Program-made: the position numbers and the translations under genes | Assembly (NCBI GenBank): GCA_963711845.1 | Contig: CAVQFR010000014.1 | Span: 73,644-137,643 of the forward strand | Length of the DNA: 64,000 nt | Direction of reading: 5' to 3' | From: an uncultured delta proteobacterium | GTDB taxonomy: Bacteria; Desulfobacterota; BSN033; UBA1163 | Notes under the pieces: model-generated | Database searches by the model: none | What the model was told of the DNA's origin: nothing | The model's input: the letters and a program-made list of their open reading frames with translations, nothing else | Shown here: one piece after another, positions 40,431 to 50,778 of the stretch | Position numbering within the stretch: position 1 is the first letter of the stretch | How the letters are laid out: every line of letters begins with the position of its first letter

Positions 40431-42896
40431 TCACTTTGCAGAATCTTTCCTCCGGGGAATTCCCAGCTCCTTCTCGACCTGTAAGATTCTATCGGTCGTC
40501 TTGATGACGGTATCAGGGTTGAGGGAGATGCTGTCGATGCCACACCGGACCAGAAACTCGGCGAATTCCGGATAATCGCTGGGAGCCTGGCCGCAGATGC
40601 CAATCTTCCTTCCATTCTTCTTGGCGCTTTCAATCAATGATTGAACCATTTTTTTCACCGCCGGATCCCGCTCATCGAAGATATGAGAAACTTTCTCTGA
40701 ATCACGATCCAATCCCAATACCAACTGGGTCAGATCATTCGATCCGATGGAGAATCCGTCAAAAACCTCGGCAAATTCATCAGCCATGATCACATTGCTG
40801 GGGATCTCACACATCACATAGATCTCAAGGCCATTTTGCCCCTGGATCAGACCGTGCTTTCTCATCTCCGCAATGACCAACCTCCCCTCCTCCACCGTCC
40901 TGCAGAAGGGAATCATCAATTTTACATTGGTCAAACCCATCTCATTCCGAACCTTTTTCATCGCCTTGCATTCAAGAGAAAACCCTTCCTGATAAGACTC
41001 ATCATAATACCGGGAGGCTCCCCGGAAACCAATCATGGGGTTGTCTTCAACAGGTTCAAATTCGCTTCCACCGATGAGATTGGCGTACTCATTGCTCTTA
41101 AAATCGCTCATTCTCACGATGACATCTTTAGGATAAAAGGCAGCAGCGATCTTGGCCACCCCTTGAGCCAGCCGATCGACGAAGAAGACCTCCTTATCTT
41201 CATACCCGATGGTCAACTGTTCAATCTCCTTTTTAATATGACTATCGCTGATTGAATCAAATCGGACAAGCGCCATGGGGTGGATTCGTATAAAATTATT
41301 GATAATGAATTCCAGTCTGGCCAGACCCACCCCGTCATTGGGAATAAAGGAAAGGTGGAAAGCATTGTCCGGGTTTCCCACATTCATCATGATTTTTGTT
41401 TGAGGCTTCTCCAGATGTGCCATATCGAAGTGCCTCACTTCATAATCGAGGATCCCTTCGAAAACCAATCCCGTCTCCCCTTGCGCACAACAAACGGTGG
41501 CACTTCGATAGTCTTTCAAAAGCTCGCTTCCATCCCTTGTTCCCACCACACAGGGAACGCCCAGCTCCCGGCTGATGATGGCCGCATGACATGTCCTTCC
41601 CCCGCGGTCGGTCACAATGCCCGAGGCAATTTTCATGATGGGTTCCCAGTCCGGGTCCGTCATCTGGGTGACCAATATCTCGCCCTTCTTAAACTTCTCT
41701 ATCTCTCTTGGACTGGTGATGACATTGATGGGGCCAGCGCCAATCTTTTCACCGACGCTCTTCCCCTGGACCAAAACATTCCCCTTCTCCTTTAAGTAGT
41801 AGGTCTCCAGAACATTCATCGCTCGCTGGGATTTTACCGTCTCGGGCCGTGCTTGAAGAATAAAGAGTTCCTGGGTAATACCATCCTTGGCCCACTCAAT
41901 ATCCATGGGCATGTAGACCCCTGCTTTTTTCGAATAGTGCTCTTCGATCCTCACCCCCCATTGGGCAAGGAGGATAATCTCTTCGTCGCTCAGGATGAAA
42001 TCCGCCCTTTCTTGTGCGGAGACAGGAACATTCTTGGTTGACCCCTCTCCCTCCAGGGTGTAAATCATTTTGATCTCTTTACTTCCGAGGGTTTTCTGAA
42101 TGATGGGTTTATAATTTCCTTTAATGCAGGGTTTAAATACATAGAATTCATCGGGATTGATAACTCCCTGAACAATATTCTCCCCTAATCCATAAGCACC
42201 TGTGATGTACACCACGTCAGGAAAGCCGGATTCTGTATCGATCGTGAACATCACCCCAGAACAGGCCTTATCGGAGCGCACCATCTTCTGAACTCCGATA
42301 GAAAGAGCGACCGAAAAGTGGTCAAACCCCCTATGGGTTCTGTAGGAGATGGCGCGGTTGGTAAAAAGGGAGGCAAAACATCGTTTGCAGGCTTGAACGA
42401 GGGCGTATTCCCCGCGGATGTTGAGATAAGTCTCCTGCTGACCGGCAAAACTCGCACCAGGAAGGTCTTCGGCTGTTGCGCTGCTACGGACCGCCACATC
42501 CGTATCCTCCCCATACTCCTTGCACAACTTCCGATAGGCTTTAACAACCTCCTCAACGATCTCCCTGGGAAACTCCAAACTGTGGATAAGCCTCCGGACC
42601 CGGCTTCCCCTCTCTGAAAGGTTTTCCACATTTTCGACATCGAGATCAGAAAAGATCTCTCGAATATTTTCTTTGATCTTTGGTTTACTCTTACCATCAT
42701 GCCAGTCTTGGACAATCCCTTCGTCCAAAAGGGCATGGTAGGCATTCACGGTTACAGCAAATCCATTAGGGACACTCACCCCTTGTTTCGTCAGTTCCTT
42801 TCGCATCTCTCCCAAGGAGGCATTCTTTCCTCCAACTGTGGGAAGATCGTCGAGTCCAATTTCGTCAAACCAAAGAATGTAAGGTTTTTCCCCCAT
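40431..42896 (-). CDS. ppsA: phosphoenolpyruvate synthase (pyruvate, water dikinase)
   Basis: 821-aa ORF with PEP-utilising enzyme mobile domain (phosphohistidine region GGRTCHAAIISRELGVPCVVG) and PEP/pyruvate-binding TIM-barrel. Confidence 0.95.
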   Translation of the reverse strand: MGEKPYILWFDEIGLDDLPTVGGKNASLGEMRKELTKQGVSVPNGFAVTVNAYHALLDEGIVQDWHDGKSKPKIKENIREIFSDLDVENVENLSERGSRVRRLIHSLEFPREIVEEVVKAYRKLCKEYGEDTDVAVRSSATAEDLPGASFAGQQETYLNIRGEYALVQACKRCFASLFTNRAISYRTHRGFDHFSVALSIGVQKMVRSDKACSGVMFTIDTESGFPDVVYITGAYGLGENIVQGVINPDEFYVFKPCIKGNYKPIIQKTLGSKEIKMIYTLEGEGSTKNVPVSAQERADFILSDEEIILLAQWGVRIEEHYSKKAGVYMPMDIEWAKDGITQELFILQARPETVKSQRAMNVLETYYLKEKGNVLVQGKSVGEKIGAGPINVITSPREIEKFKKGEILVTQMTDPDWEPIMKIASGIVTDRGGRTCHAAIISRELGVPCVVGTRDGSELLKDYRSATVCCAQGETGLVFEGILDYEVRHFDMAHLEKPQTKIMMNVGNPDNAFHLSFIPNDGVGLARLEFIINNFIRIHPMALVRFDSISDSHIKKEIEQLTIGYEDKEVFFVDRLAQGVAKIAAAFYPKDVIVRMSDFKSNEYANLIGGSEFEPVEDNPMIGFRGASRYYDESYQEGFSLECKAMKKVRNEMGLTNVKLMIPFCRTVEEGRLVIAEMRKHGLIQGQNGLEIYVMCEIPSNVIMADEFAEVFDGFSIGSNDLTQLVLGLDRDSEKVSHIFDERDPAVKKMVQSLIESAKKNGRKIGICGQAPSDYPEFAEFLVRCGIDSISLNPDTVIKTTDRILQVEKELGIPRRKDSAK

Positions 42897-43115
42897 AATT
42901 CCCTCCCCGGGAGCCTATGTTATTTTATTGCTTTTTTTGTAGAAGCCTTCCGACGTATTACTATGTAAATTTATCCGAACCGAACTGCCTTGTCAACCCC
43001 GTTAGATAAGTAACATAACGGATTTCCCTTTTTTCTGAAATCCTTGCATTAACATTTACACGCTTAAACCATTAAGACCTATCTAACGGGGTCAAGGACG
43101 GGTCTCATCGATTTG

Positions 43116-43136
43116 ATTTGCAAATGATTTGCAAAT
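43116..43136. promoter_or_regulatory. tandem perfect palindromes ATTTGCAAAT-G-ATTTGCAAAT upstream of ppdK
   Basis: Two identical 10-bp palindromes 1 nt apart, about 70 bp upstream of the ppdK start in the ppsA/ppdK divergent region. Confidence 0.45.
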
Positions 43137-43202
43137 GAGAATTGATTTTTGAATGAATTATTATTAATATAAGATGTTATCCTAGAGAAGGAAGTGAAAT
43201 TC

Positions 43203-46031
43203 ATGAAAAGTTCGAAATATGTCTACCTTTTTGAAGAAGCCGATGGGACCGATAAGAAACTCCTTGGCGGGAAAGGAGCGGGTTTGGCCGAAATGACCCG
43301 TATGGGTCTCCCTGTTCCGCCTGGATTTATCGTCACCACCGAGGCTTGTCTTCATTTTTATGAGAACAAAAAGAGACTTCCTAAAGGCCTCCTGGAAGAG
43401 GTGGAAGTCAATCTGAAAATGGTGGAGGAAAAAACAGGCAAAAAACTTGGAAGCGCTCAAAATCCCCTCTTCTTCTCTGTCCGGTCGGGCGCGGCGATGT
43501 CCATGCCTGGAATGATGGACACCATTCTCAATTTGGGCTTAAACGAGAAGACTCTTGAGGGTTTGATCCAGATCACGTCGGATGGAAGATTTGCCTATGA
43601 TGCTTACCGAAGATTTATTCAACTTTTCGGAAAGATCGCCTTGGGGTTGGAAGAAAAGGAATTTGACCAAATCCTTAACCAGACAAAAGAAAGAGTGGGG
43701 GCCAAAGAGGATATTGATCTCAATGCTGATTATCTCAAGGACATTTGTAAACAATATCTGGGATTAATCAAAAAAAGGACGGGAACCCCTTTTCCTCAAG
43801 ACCCGATGGTTCAACTCAGACTCGCCATTGAAGCGGTTTTCAAATCCTGGATGGGCAAGAGGGCGGTGGATTATCGAAAGGAATTCAACATCACCCGTGA
43901 CATGGCGAACGGAACCGCCGTCAATGTCTGCACCATGGTTTTTGGGAACATGGGTTTTGACTCGGCAACGGGGGTTGCGTTTACACGAGACCCGGGCACA
44001 GGAGAGAACATTCTCTATGGGGAATATCTTGTGAATGCCCAGGGTGAAGATGTCGTGGCCGGGATCCGGACACCCAAACCCATCCAAGAGATGAAGAAGG
44101 AAATGCCGAAAACCTACCGAGAGATGGAGCGGATCAGAAAAATCTTGGAAGAGCATTTTCATGAAGTTCAGGACTTCGAGTTCACCGTGGAGAAGGGGAC
44201 CCTCTATATCCTTCAAACTCGAAATGGGAAGATGAACGCTCAGGCGATCGTTCGAACTTCTAAAGACATGGTCTCTGAAAAACTAATTAATAAGGAAAAA
44301 GCTGTCCTGAGATTGAAACCTCAAGAGCTGGAACAACTCCTCCATAAGCGGATCGATCCAAATTTCAAGGGGAAACCAGTCTGCGTCGGCCTCGCAGCTT
44401 CCCCGGGAGCAGCCTCCGGAAAAGCAGTGTTCGATGCGGATGAAGCAGAAAGGTTGGGAAAACTTGGGCAAAAACTCATATTGGTGCGAGAGGAAACGAA
44501 ACCCGAGGATATTCATGGCTTCTTTGCTGCCCAGGGGATCTTGACGAGCCGGGGAGGAAAGACCTCCCATGCCGCAGTGGTCGCAAGGGGTATGGGCAAA
44601 CCCTGTGTATCTGGATGCGAAGAGTTGCACATCGATCCACAGAAGAGAGAGACCACCGTAGGGAATATTCACATCAAAGAAGGAGATTTCATCACCATCG
44701 ATGGCTCCAGAGGCGAGGTCTATCTGGGAGAGGTCCCTACCGTAGACCCTGAAATCAGCAAAGACCTCCTTACGCTCCTGGGTTGGGGGGATGGGATAAG
44801 AACGTTGGGCGTTCGGGCCAATGCCGATACCCCTGAGGCCGCGATCAAAGCAAGGCAGCTGGGTGCAGAAGGGATCGGTCTCTGCCGAACAGAGAGAATG
44901 TTCAACGCCGCGGATCGGCTCCCCATTGTTCGGGAGATGATCTTGGCGGGGTCGAAAGAGAAGAGGGCAGAAGCGATTGCAAAGCTTCTTCCCATGCAGC
45001 GCAGCGACTTTAAGGAGATCTTCAGGGCCATGGAAGGACTGCCGGTGACCATCCGTCTCCTCGACCCACCGCTTCATGAATTTCTCCCATCCGCCGAAGA
45101 ACTGGCCGAAGAATTGAGAAAGCTGAAGGAGATTGATACCGCCTTTTCCACCATGGAAAACATCTCTGATGCGATGAAGTTTCTGGATCCCTCTTTCCGC
45201 GAATCACTGGGACTCCTCGACCACGTGGTGACGGATATCGTCGAGATTAAAGAGAAGAGGCTCGATAAGAAGCTCATCCGAAAAGAGCAGGAAACTCTCA
45301 GGAAGGTGAAAGAGATGATGGAGGTCAACCCCATGCTGGGTCATCGAGGGGTCAGGTTGGGGATTACCTATCCAGAGATCTATAAGATGCAGATTCAGGC
45401 GATTCTGGAGGCCGCCGCCGAGTTGATCAAAGAAGGTCTTGATATTCAACCTGAAATTATGGTCCCCCAAGTCTGCACCGCCCAAGAATTGAAATGGGTT
45501 TCTCAACTCGTCTTAAAGGTCCAAAAGGAAGTGGAGAAACAATTTAGAATCCGGATCCCCTTCAAATTCGGGACGATGATCGAAGTGGTGAGAGCCTGTA
45601 TGAGGGCCGGGAGATTGGCGGAGGTGGCAGACTTCTTCTCCTTCGGGACCAACGACCTCACTCAGGCCACCTTCTCTTTCTCCAGAGAAGATGCGGAAAA
45701 CAAATTCCTGCCCCTTTACAATCAGCGGAAGATTCTCCAGGACAATCCCTTTGAAGTATTGGATGTGAAAGGCGTGGGAAGGTTAATGATGATCGCGATC
45801 GAGTGGGGAAGGAGGACAAAACCGGATCTGAAGATTGGGATCTGTGGTGAACATGGTGGGCATCCGGAATCGGTCGAATTCAGTCACAGCATCGGACTTT
45901 CCTATGTCAGTTGCTCTGCTCCACGCCTCCCGATTGCGCGTCTGGCAGCCGCCCATGCCAAATTGAAAGAGAAGGAGAAAAAACCTTCGGAAAAATACGA
46001 CCCCGATGTTTTTGGCATACCCTCTGTTTAA
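43203..46031 (+). CDS. ppdK: pyruvate, phosphate dikinase
   Basis: About 940-aa ORF with PPDK N-terminus (KYVYLFEEADG…GGKGAGLAEM), phosphohistidine domain (GGKTSHAAVVARGMGKPCVSG) and C-terminal PEP-binding barrel; ATG 43203 preferred (SD AGAAGGAAG). Confidence 0.95.
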   Translation: MKSSKYVYLFEEADGTDKKLLGGKGAGLAEMTRMGLPVPPGFIVTTEACLHFYENKKRLPKGLLEEVEVNLKMVEEKTGKKLGSAQNPLFFSVRSGAAMSMPGMMDTILNLGLNEKTLEGLIQITSDGRFAYDAYRRFIQLFGKIALGLEEKEFDQILNQTKERVGAKEDIDLNADYLKDICKQYLGLIKKRTGTPFPQDPMVQLRLAIEAVFKSWMGKRAVDYRKEFNITRDMANGTAVNVCTMVFGNMGFDSATGVAFTRDPGTGENILYGEYLVNAQGEDVVAGIRTPKPIQEMKKEMPKTYREMERIRKILEEHFHEVQDFEFTVEKGTLYILQTRNGKMNAQAIVRTSKDMVSEKLINKEKAVLRLKPQELEQLLHKRIDPNFKGKPVCVGLAASPGAASGKAVFDADEAERLGKLGQKLILVREETKPEDIHGFFAAQGILTSRGGKTSHAAVVARGMGKPCVSGCEELHIDPQKRETTVGNIHIKEGDFITIDGSRGEVYLGEVPTVDPEISKDLLTLLGWGDGIRTLGVRANADTPEAAIKARQLGAEGIGLCRTERMFNAADRLPIVREMILAGSKEKRAEAIAKLLPMQRSDFKEIFRAMEGLPVTIRLLDPPLHEFLPSAEELAEELRKLKEIDTAFSTMENISDAMKFLDPSFRESLGLLDHVVTDIVEIKEKRLDKKLIRKEQETLRKVKEMMEVNPMLGHRGVRLGITYPEIYKMQIQAILEAAAELIKEGLDIQPEIMVPQVCTAQELKWVSQLVLKVQKEVEKQFRIRIPFKFGTMIEVVRACMRAGRLAEVADFFSFGTNDLTQATFSFSREDAENKFLPLYNQRKILQDNPFEVLDVKGVGRLMMIAIEWGRRTKPDLKIGICGEHGGHPESVEFSHSIGLSYVSCSAPRLPIARLAAAHAKLKEKEKKPSEKYDPDVFGIPSV

Positions 46032-46113
46032 ACGTCTAGACCAAGAGCTTTCTCTGCCTCCGAAGACTTACTTGGATACAACCAAAGCCAAACTCTAAAA
46101 AGTTTGTTCTATT

Positions 46114-46389
46114 CTATTGCCGACGCCGGAGCCTCTCAATGGCAAGGCGCAAGCTATCCTGCATGCGTAAGATCGCTTCGGCCAAGTTCCCTATTTCATC
46201 CCTGGATTTAATCTTTATTTCGGCGCCCATGTCCCCGACGCTGATCCTTTCAGCGACCTCAGTCAACTTTTTGATCGGTGTACCAATCTCCCGGCCTAAG
46301 AACCAGGCAATAAGGATCACCCCTAGGGTGGTTATTCCCAGAAGAACGTAGGTAAAAACCTCCGCATCCCTTAGGATCTTATTGGCCCA
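46114..46389 (-). pseudogene. orphan transmembrane-helix + HAMP-domain fragment of a sensor protein
   Basis: Open frame back to stop at 46390 encodes …FTYVLLGITTLGVILIAWFLGREIGTPIKKLTEVAERISVGDMGAEIKIKSRDEIGNLAEAILRMQDSLR…; no sensor or kinase domains follow. Confidence 0.45.
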
Positions 46390-46468
46390 TCACTTCAATT
46401 CCGGCCCGCCTTTTCCTCTTCCAAAGATCCCGCGAAAAATATATTTTCTCCTCTCAGCCATGAACAGA

Positions 46469-46533
46469 AAATCCTCCGGTACAATCCCTTTGAAGTATTG
46501 GATGTGAAGTGCGTGGGAAGACTAATGAGGATC
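46469..46533. repeat. ~65-bp duplicate of an internal ppdK segment (source 45730..45795)
   Basis: acaatccctttgaagtattggatgtgaag.gcgtgggaag..taatga matches ppdK coding sequence about 700 bp upstream at roughly 85-90% identity. Confidence 0.7.
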
Positions 46534-46535
46534 TG

Positions 46536-46574
46536 TCCCCCTCTCCCCTCAGGGAGAGGGGAAGGGTGAGGGGG
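46536..46574. repeat. GC-rich palindromic repeat, copy 4 (partial)
   Basis: ccccctctcccctcagggagaggggaagggtgaggggg. Confidence 0.6.
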
Positions 46575-46593
46575 AAATTTCAGATATCTTTGG

Positions 46594-46936
46594 TCAGATT
46601 TCAACGGGAAGGATTTTTCTTTCCTTTACATTGACGTAGCCTTGGTGGGTAATTCTCAGGTGAGGGAAGGCAGGTGTTCCAAGAGTATCGACGGTGAAGA
46701 CTGGCTTATCCCATTTTACACCATTCTCTCTCAGAGACTCATCGAGCTTTCTAACCTCTTCTCTCACGATCTCCATGGGTTTTCTCGTCTTGGGCAGGAT
46801 CATGATCAGGACCGACATAGGCAATCATTCCATCCTTGATCCAGATGGACTGCTTCTTAATAAACTCTCCTGTGAAAACGTTGAAGAGGACACCGTTGGT
46901 GATGAACGTATCAGGGGGAATATTCCCTAAAGCCAC
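46594..46936 (-). pseudogene. decayed N-terminal fragment of an amidohydrolase-family gene
   Basis: ORF 46751..46936 encodes FITNGVLFNVFTGEFIKKQSIWIKDGMIAYVGP (amidohydrolase N-terminal beta-sandwich pattern), then frame breaks; no catalytic domain. Confidence 0.3.
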
Positions 46937-46937
46937 T

Positions 46938-47741
46938 TTACTGAGGATATTTCTCTTCTCTGTCTCGCTCAGGGTGGTTCACCTTTTTCCATCCTGTTCT
47001 CGCGCGGCATAATTCCCTGCCCTCCCCTTCCCTGGAAACACGATGAAGAAAAACGGGGGGAGATTCCTGAAGAGTCTCTGTCTGGATCGATATGGCATCC
47101 TCATAGGAAGATTCGGCAAGGAAATTGATCTCGAAGGTATGAATTTGATGGGTCCGGTTGATCTCAAATGGAGCGCTGTCCAGAATCCATTCAATGTATT
47201 TGATATTGTTCACATGATGGTGGATATCGATATCGCTGTAACGGACCTCATAAGACTTCGTCGATTTAGGCTGGACAGGGGCAGGAAGCTTTTCAGGCTC
47301 CTCGGCAGGACGAAGTGGATCGAACAAATGACGAAGATGTCTGAATAAAGGCTCAATCTTTTGAGGCTTCCGGTTCTTCAGATCGAGGACCAACCAGGCA
47401 CTCCTGGCGGTCCCCAGAATCTTCCCCGCTAGATCAGAGATCGAGAATTGACGAAGGGCAAAGAGACGGCCTGTCCCTGTCAGCCAGGTTTTTACTCTGA
47501 TCCGGTCTCCCCAACAGGGATATTTCTCCATCTGAACAGACAAACGGGATAACACCCAAAAATATTGGTGCCCCATCAGGTCGGAATAACCCACCCGCAG
47601 ATGATCGGCATGATGCCAGGCGGTCTCCTGCATGAAACTCCAAAGGACCGGCAGGAACACCTCGTTCTTCGCATCCACCTCATAAAAGGAGATCGAATAT
47701 TCATCTTCCCAGCTCGTTTTCATCGGATCACTTTCAGGCAT
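46938..47741 (-). CDS. acyl-ACP thioesterase
   Basis: 267-aa ORF with double hot-dog thioesterase pattern (…YFWVLSRLSVQMEKYPCWGDRIRVKTWL…ARSAWLVLDLKNRKP…). Confidence 0.7.
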   Translation of the reverse strand: MPESDPMKTSWEDEYSISFYEVDAKNEVFLPVLWSFMQETAWHHADHLRVGYSDLMGHQYFWVLSRLSVQMEKYPCWGDRIRVKTWLTGTGRLFALRQFSISDLAGKILGTARSAWLVLDLKNRKPQKIEPLFRHLRHLFDPLRPAEEPEKLPAPVQPKSTKSYEVRYSDIDIHHHVNNIKYIEWILDSAPFEINRTHQIHTFEINFLAESSYEDAISIQTETLQESPPVFLHRVSREGEGRELCRARTGWKKVNHPERDREEKYPQ

Positions 47742-47756
47742 CCTCTGATCCTGCGG

Positions 47757-49301
47757 CTATCTTTCGCGGCGGTTTGAATTTGTAAACTGTCTTACCACGT
47801 CGTCCTTTATAATCTTGCCCATTCTGTTTCTCGGGAGCTCTTTCAAAAAGACGATCTCTTTCGGGCATTTCCAGTCTAAGAGGCGTTCTTTACAGAATTG
47901 TTTTATTTTATCAATGGCGGGTTTCACACCAGGTTTTAAAACGACCCCAGCCACCACTTTCTCACCCCACTTTTCATCAGGGACCCCTACGACACAGGAC
48001 TCGGATATCTCCGGGTGGCGGTCGAGGACGGATTCCACCTCCTTGGGTGAAATATTTTCTCCTCCGGAGATAATAATGTGCTTCAAACGGTCTGTGATAT
48101 AGTAGTATCCCTCATCGTCCTTCTTACCCAAATCGCCGGTACGAAACCATCCGTTCACAAAGGCAGCTTCCGTCTCCCGGGGCTTCCCCCAATAACCCGG
48201 TGTGACGTTGGGCCCCCTTAACCAGATCTCTCCCACCTCGCCTGTGCCTAAGTCTTTGAAGCTTTCCGGATCTACGATTCTGACTTCCACACAGGGAAGC
48301 GGAAGGCCGATGGAACCGGGCTTCTTCTTACCCCGAAGAGGATTAGAGAAATTCATTCCTGTCTCGGACATTCCTTCTCTCTCTAAAGGCTCCTTCCCGA
48401 AAACTTCCTTAATCCTCTCAAATTCTCTCGGAGGCAGTGGAGCTGACCCCGAAGCCAACAGTCGAATGTGGTTGAAATTCCCGATTTCCTTTTCTAATCT
48501 GTCCATCATCTTCACATACATGGTCGGAACACCCATGAACATCGTGCAAGCCAGTTCTCCTTCCTGATGGGACAGAATATCATTGACAGGCTCGCTGGAA
48601 AACTCATCCAGCATCACGATCTTTGAGCCCGCGATGAGCGACGTATGAAGGGCAAAGCATAAGCCGTGGATATGAAAGAGCGGGAGGGCGTGGCAGAGAG
48701 TGTCTCTCTCGGAGATCTCCCAAATTTGGATCACATTCCGGGCATCCTGGATCAGGTTCTGCTGGGTGAGGATCGTTCCCTTGGGTTGACCGGTCGTTCC
48801 CGAGGTATAAATGAGGATGGCAGGATCGTGGAGGTTTCCACGGGGAGAGGATGTCCGAGAGGGAGAGGATGGAAATAGTTTCTCTTCCGAAAAAGGGGAT
48901 TCTGTATCAACAGACAAGATCCGTCTTTTGGAATCAAGGGACCGGATAAAGTCTTCCTCTTTCTTCCCCACAACGATGATCTTTGCATCCGTATCCTTTA
49001 AGAAATAAACGACCTCATCTCGTTTAAATCCCGGGTTAAGGATCACCGAGATTCCTCCGGATTTTTGGATCCCCAGGTGTATCACCACTGCCTCGACGCT
49101 CTTCGGCATATCGAGAATGACCCGATCCCCCTTCTCCAGCCCCATTTCCTTCAGGCCGCTCGCGACCCGGTCAGAAACCTTCTTCAGGGAAAAGTAGGTC
49201 ACCCGGCTCTCGATTCTTCCCTTTTTCAGAAAAAGGATCGCTTCCTTTTGGCCTAACCGGAGTGCGGTTTGATCAAAAAGGGAGCTTAGCGTCTCAATCA
49301 C
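47757..49301 (-). CDS. acyl-CoA synthetase (AMP-dependent synthetase/ligase)
   Basis: AMP-binding motif ILIYTSGTTGQPKG, C-terminal …LPRNRMGKIIK. Confidence 0.85.
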   Translation of the reverse strand: MIETLSSLFDQTALRLGQKEAILFLKKGRIESRVTYFSLKKVSDRVASGLKEMGLEKGDRVILDMPKSVEAVVIHLGIQKSGGISVILNPGFKRDEVVYFLKDTDAKIIVVGKKEEDFIRSLDSKRRILSVDTESPFSEEKLFPSSPSRTSSPRGNLHDPAILIYTSGTTGQPKGTILTQQNLIQDARNVIQIWEISERDTLCHALPLFHIHGLCFALHTSLIAGSKIVMLDEFSSEPVNDILSHQEGELACTMFMGVPTMYVKMMDRLEKEIGNFNHIRLLASGSAPLPPREFERIKEVFGKEPLEREGMSETGMNFSNPLRGKKKPGSIGLPLPCVEVRIVDPESFKDLGTGEVGEIWLRGPNVTPGYWGKPRETEAAFVNGWFRTGDLGKKDDEGYYYITDRLKHIIISGGENISPKEVESVLDRHPEISESCVVGVPDEKWGEKVVAGVVLKPGVKPAIDKIKQFCKERLLDWKCPKEIVFLKELPRNRMGKIIKDDVVRQFTNSNRRER

Positions 49302-49402
49302 TTTCTATCTCTCCATCTTGCCCATGTAGATTTTCTTAACAAAATTCAAAGCTTGGTGTCAAATATTTAGGACATCGTCAATAATGTATTACTAACTTAG
49401 TC

Positions 49403-49431
49403 TTGACTTACTTTATTTTATATGATATACA
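49403..49431 (+). promoter_or_regulatory. candidate sigma70-type promoter (TTGACT-N17-TATACA) for the AbrB/PIN pair
   Basis: Spacing-correct -35/-10 hexamers about 30 bp upstream of the antitoxin start; GGAG SD before ATG 49460. Confidence 0.4.
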
Positions 49432-49459
49432 TTTGTAAAAAGTTTTACTGGAGACTTAA

Positions 49460-49720
49460 ATGGAAACATCAGCAACTATCAAAGGACAGGTGGTCATCCC
49501 GGCAAAGATCAGGCATCGTCTGCGAATTAAGAAGGGCACCAAATTCTATGTCGAAGAGCGAAAAGGGGAAATAATCCTTCGTCCCCTAAACAAGGAATAT
49601 TTTCAAAAGATGAGTGGTGTTCTTAAGGGAGGAGGACTTATCAAGGCATTAGAAGAAACCAGGGCCGACGATCTTAGGCGAGAGGAGGAGAAAATTGGCC
49701 GCCGCAAAGGTTCTCGATAG
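49460..49720 (+). CDS. AbrB/MazE/SpoVT-family antitoxin
   Basis: N-terminal swapped-hairpin motif TIKGQVVIPAKIRHRLRIKKGTKF…GEIILRP. Confidence 0.7.
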   Translation: METSATIKGQVVIPAKIRHRLRIKKGTKFYVEERKGEIILRPLNKEYFQKMSGVLKGGGLIKALEETRADDLRREEEKIGRRKGSR

Positions 49721-50096
49721 TTGGGCCCTTCTCTGCTACCTTGAGCAAGAACCCGGTTATGAGAAGATAATCGACCTCTTCGACAAAGCTGTTGAGTCCT
49801 CCAAGCCTCTCTTAATGTGCATCGTGAACTGGGGAGAGGTTTATTACCAGGTGATGAGGCGGTTTGGAGATCAAAAAGCACAAGAGATTGAGCAGCTCAT
49901 TCAGACCCTACCGATCACACTGATTGAAGCCAATAAAGAAATTACGCGGGAGGCGGCGCGCATAAAAGCCACAAAACGGATGGCCTATGCGGATTGTTTT
50001 GCCGTCGCCCTCGCCCGCCTAAAAAAAGCAGAACTTTATACAGGGGATAATGAGTTCAAAGCCGTGGAGAAAGAAACAAAGATTGTTTGGCTTTAG
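49695..50096 (+). CDS. PIN-domain toxin (VapC-like)
   Basis: PIN acidic residues in VLDSWALL…, AYADCFAVALA, TGDNEF; TTG start overlapping antitoxin 3' end. Confidence 0.7.
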   Translation: MAAAKVLDSWALLCYLEQEPGYEKIIDLFDKAVESSKPLLMCIVNWGEVYYQVMRRFGDQKAQEIEQLIQTLPITLIEANKEITREAARIKATKRMAYADCFAVALARLKKAELYTGDNEFKAVEKETKIVWL

Positions 50097-50404
50097 CGGT
50101 TAAAGTTAGTGTTTGACCTTATAGACACTATAACATTTAGCGTTGATTTCTTCCTGAACTCTTCAAATCCGTACGGACCATATTCATCCAATGTTTCAGG
50201 TGCAAATCACTAAGGCCGTGACCGAACTTCTGATCTCGAATTTCTGATAGGGGAAAATCGGCAATAATCGGTAATAAATGTGACATTTTCCCCTTGACTC
50301 TCATTTCGATTAAGAGTACTTTCAAGTCGTCGTTTCCTGCTGGCCCTTGATTAGACTCAAAACGTCACCCATGACCATTTTGATTGAGGGAAGGAGTTAT
50401 ATAA

Positions 50405-50623
50405 ATGGGCTATGGCAATGAGGTTGACAAAGAAAGAAACTGGATGGCATTAGAGCGGATAGGATTTCATCTGGATGAGGCTATGCGGTTTTGTAAGCAA
50501 CTGGACCTTTCCGGACTCGGCCCGTTAGAGCAAAGAGAATGGGAAACCAGAATGAAGGCCTGCAAAGATGCTATTGAATTTACCAACGAATCAGCCCGGC
50601 AATTGGTTAAGATTCTTGTGTAA
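50405..50623 (+). CDS. hypothetical small protein
   Basis: 72-aa ORF with strong SD (GGAAGGAG) 9 nt upstream of ATG. Confidence 0.45.
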   Translation: MGYGNEVDKERNWMALERIGFHLDEAMRFCKQLDLSGLGPLEQREWETRMKACKDAIEFTNESARQLVKILV

Positions 50624-50778
50624 TTTCTATTTCCCCTAAGCCCCCTTGCCTGTTTTAGACTTCTCCATTCCTTCCTGAAACATTCTCTTCCCCAATTTGT
50701 GAAATGGGTGTATATTACAACTGCACATAGTGGGCGCTATCGATCTCAACGATAACAGAGACACTGCCATTCAGTTAT

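Noticed and set aside
44283-45077. 264-aa minus-strand ORF inside ppdK
   Set aside because: Antisense to a highly conserved ppdK coding region
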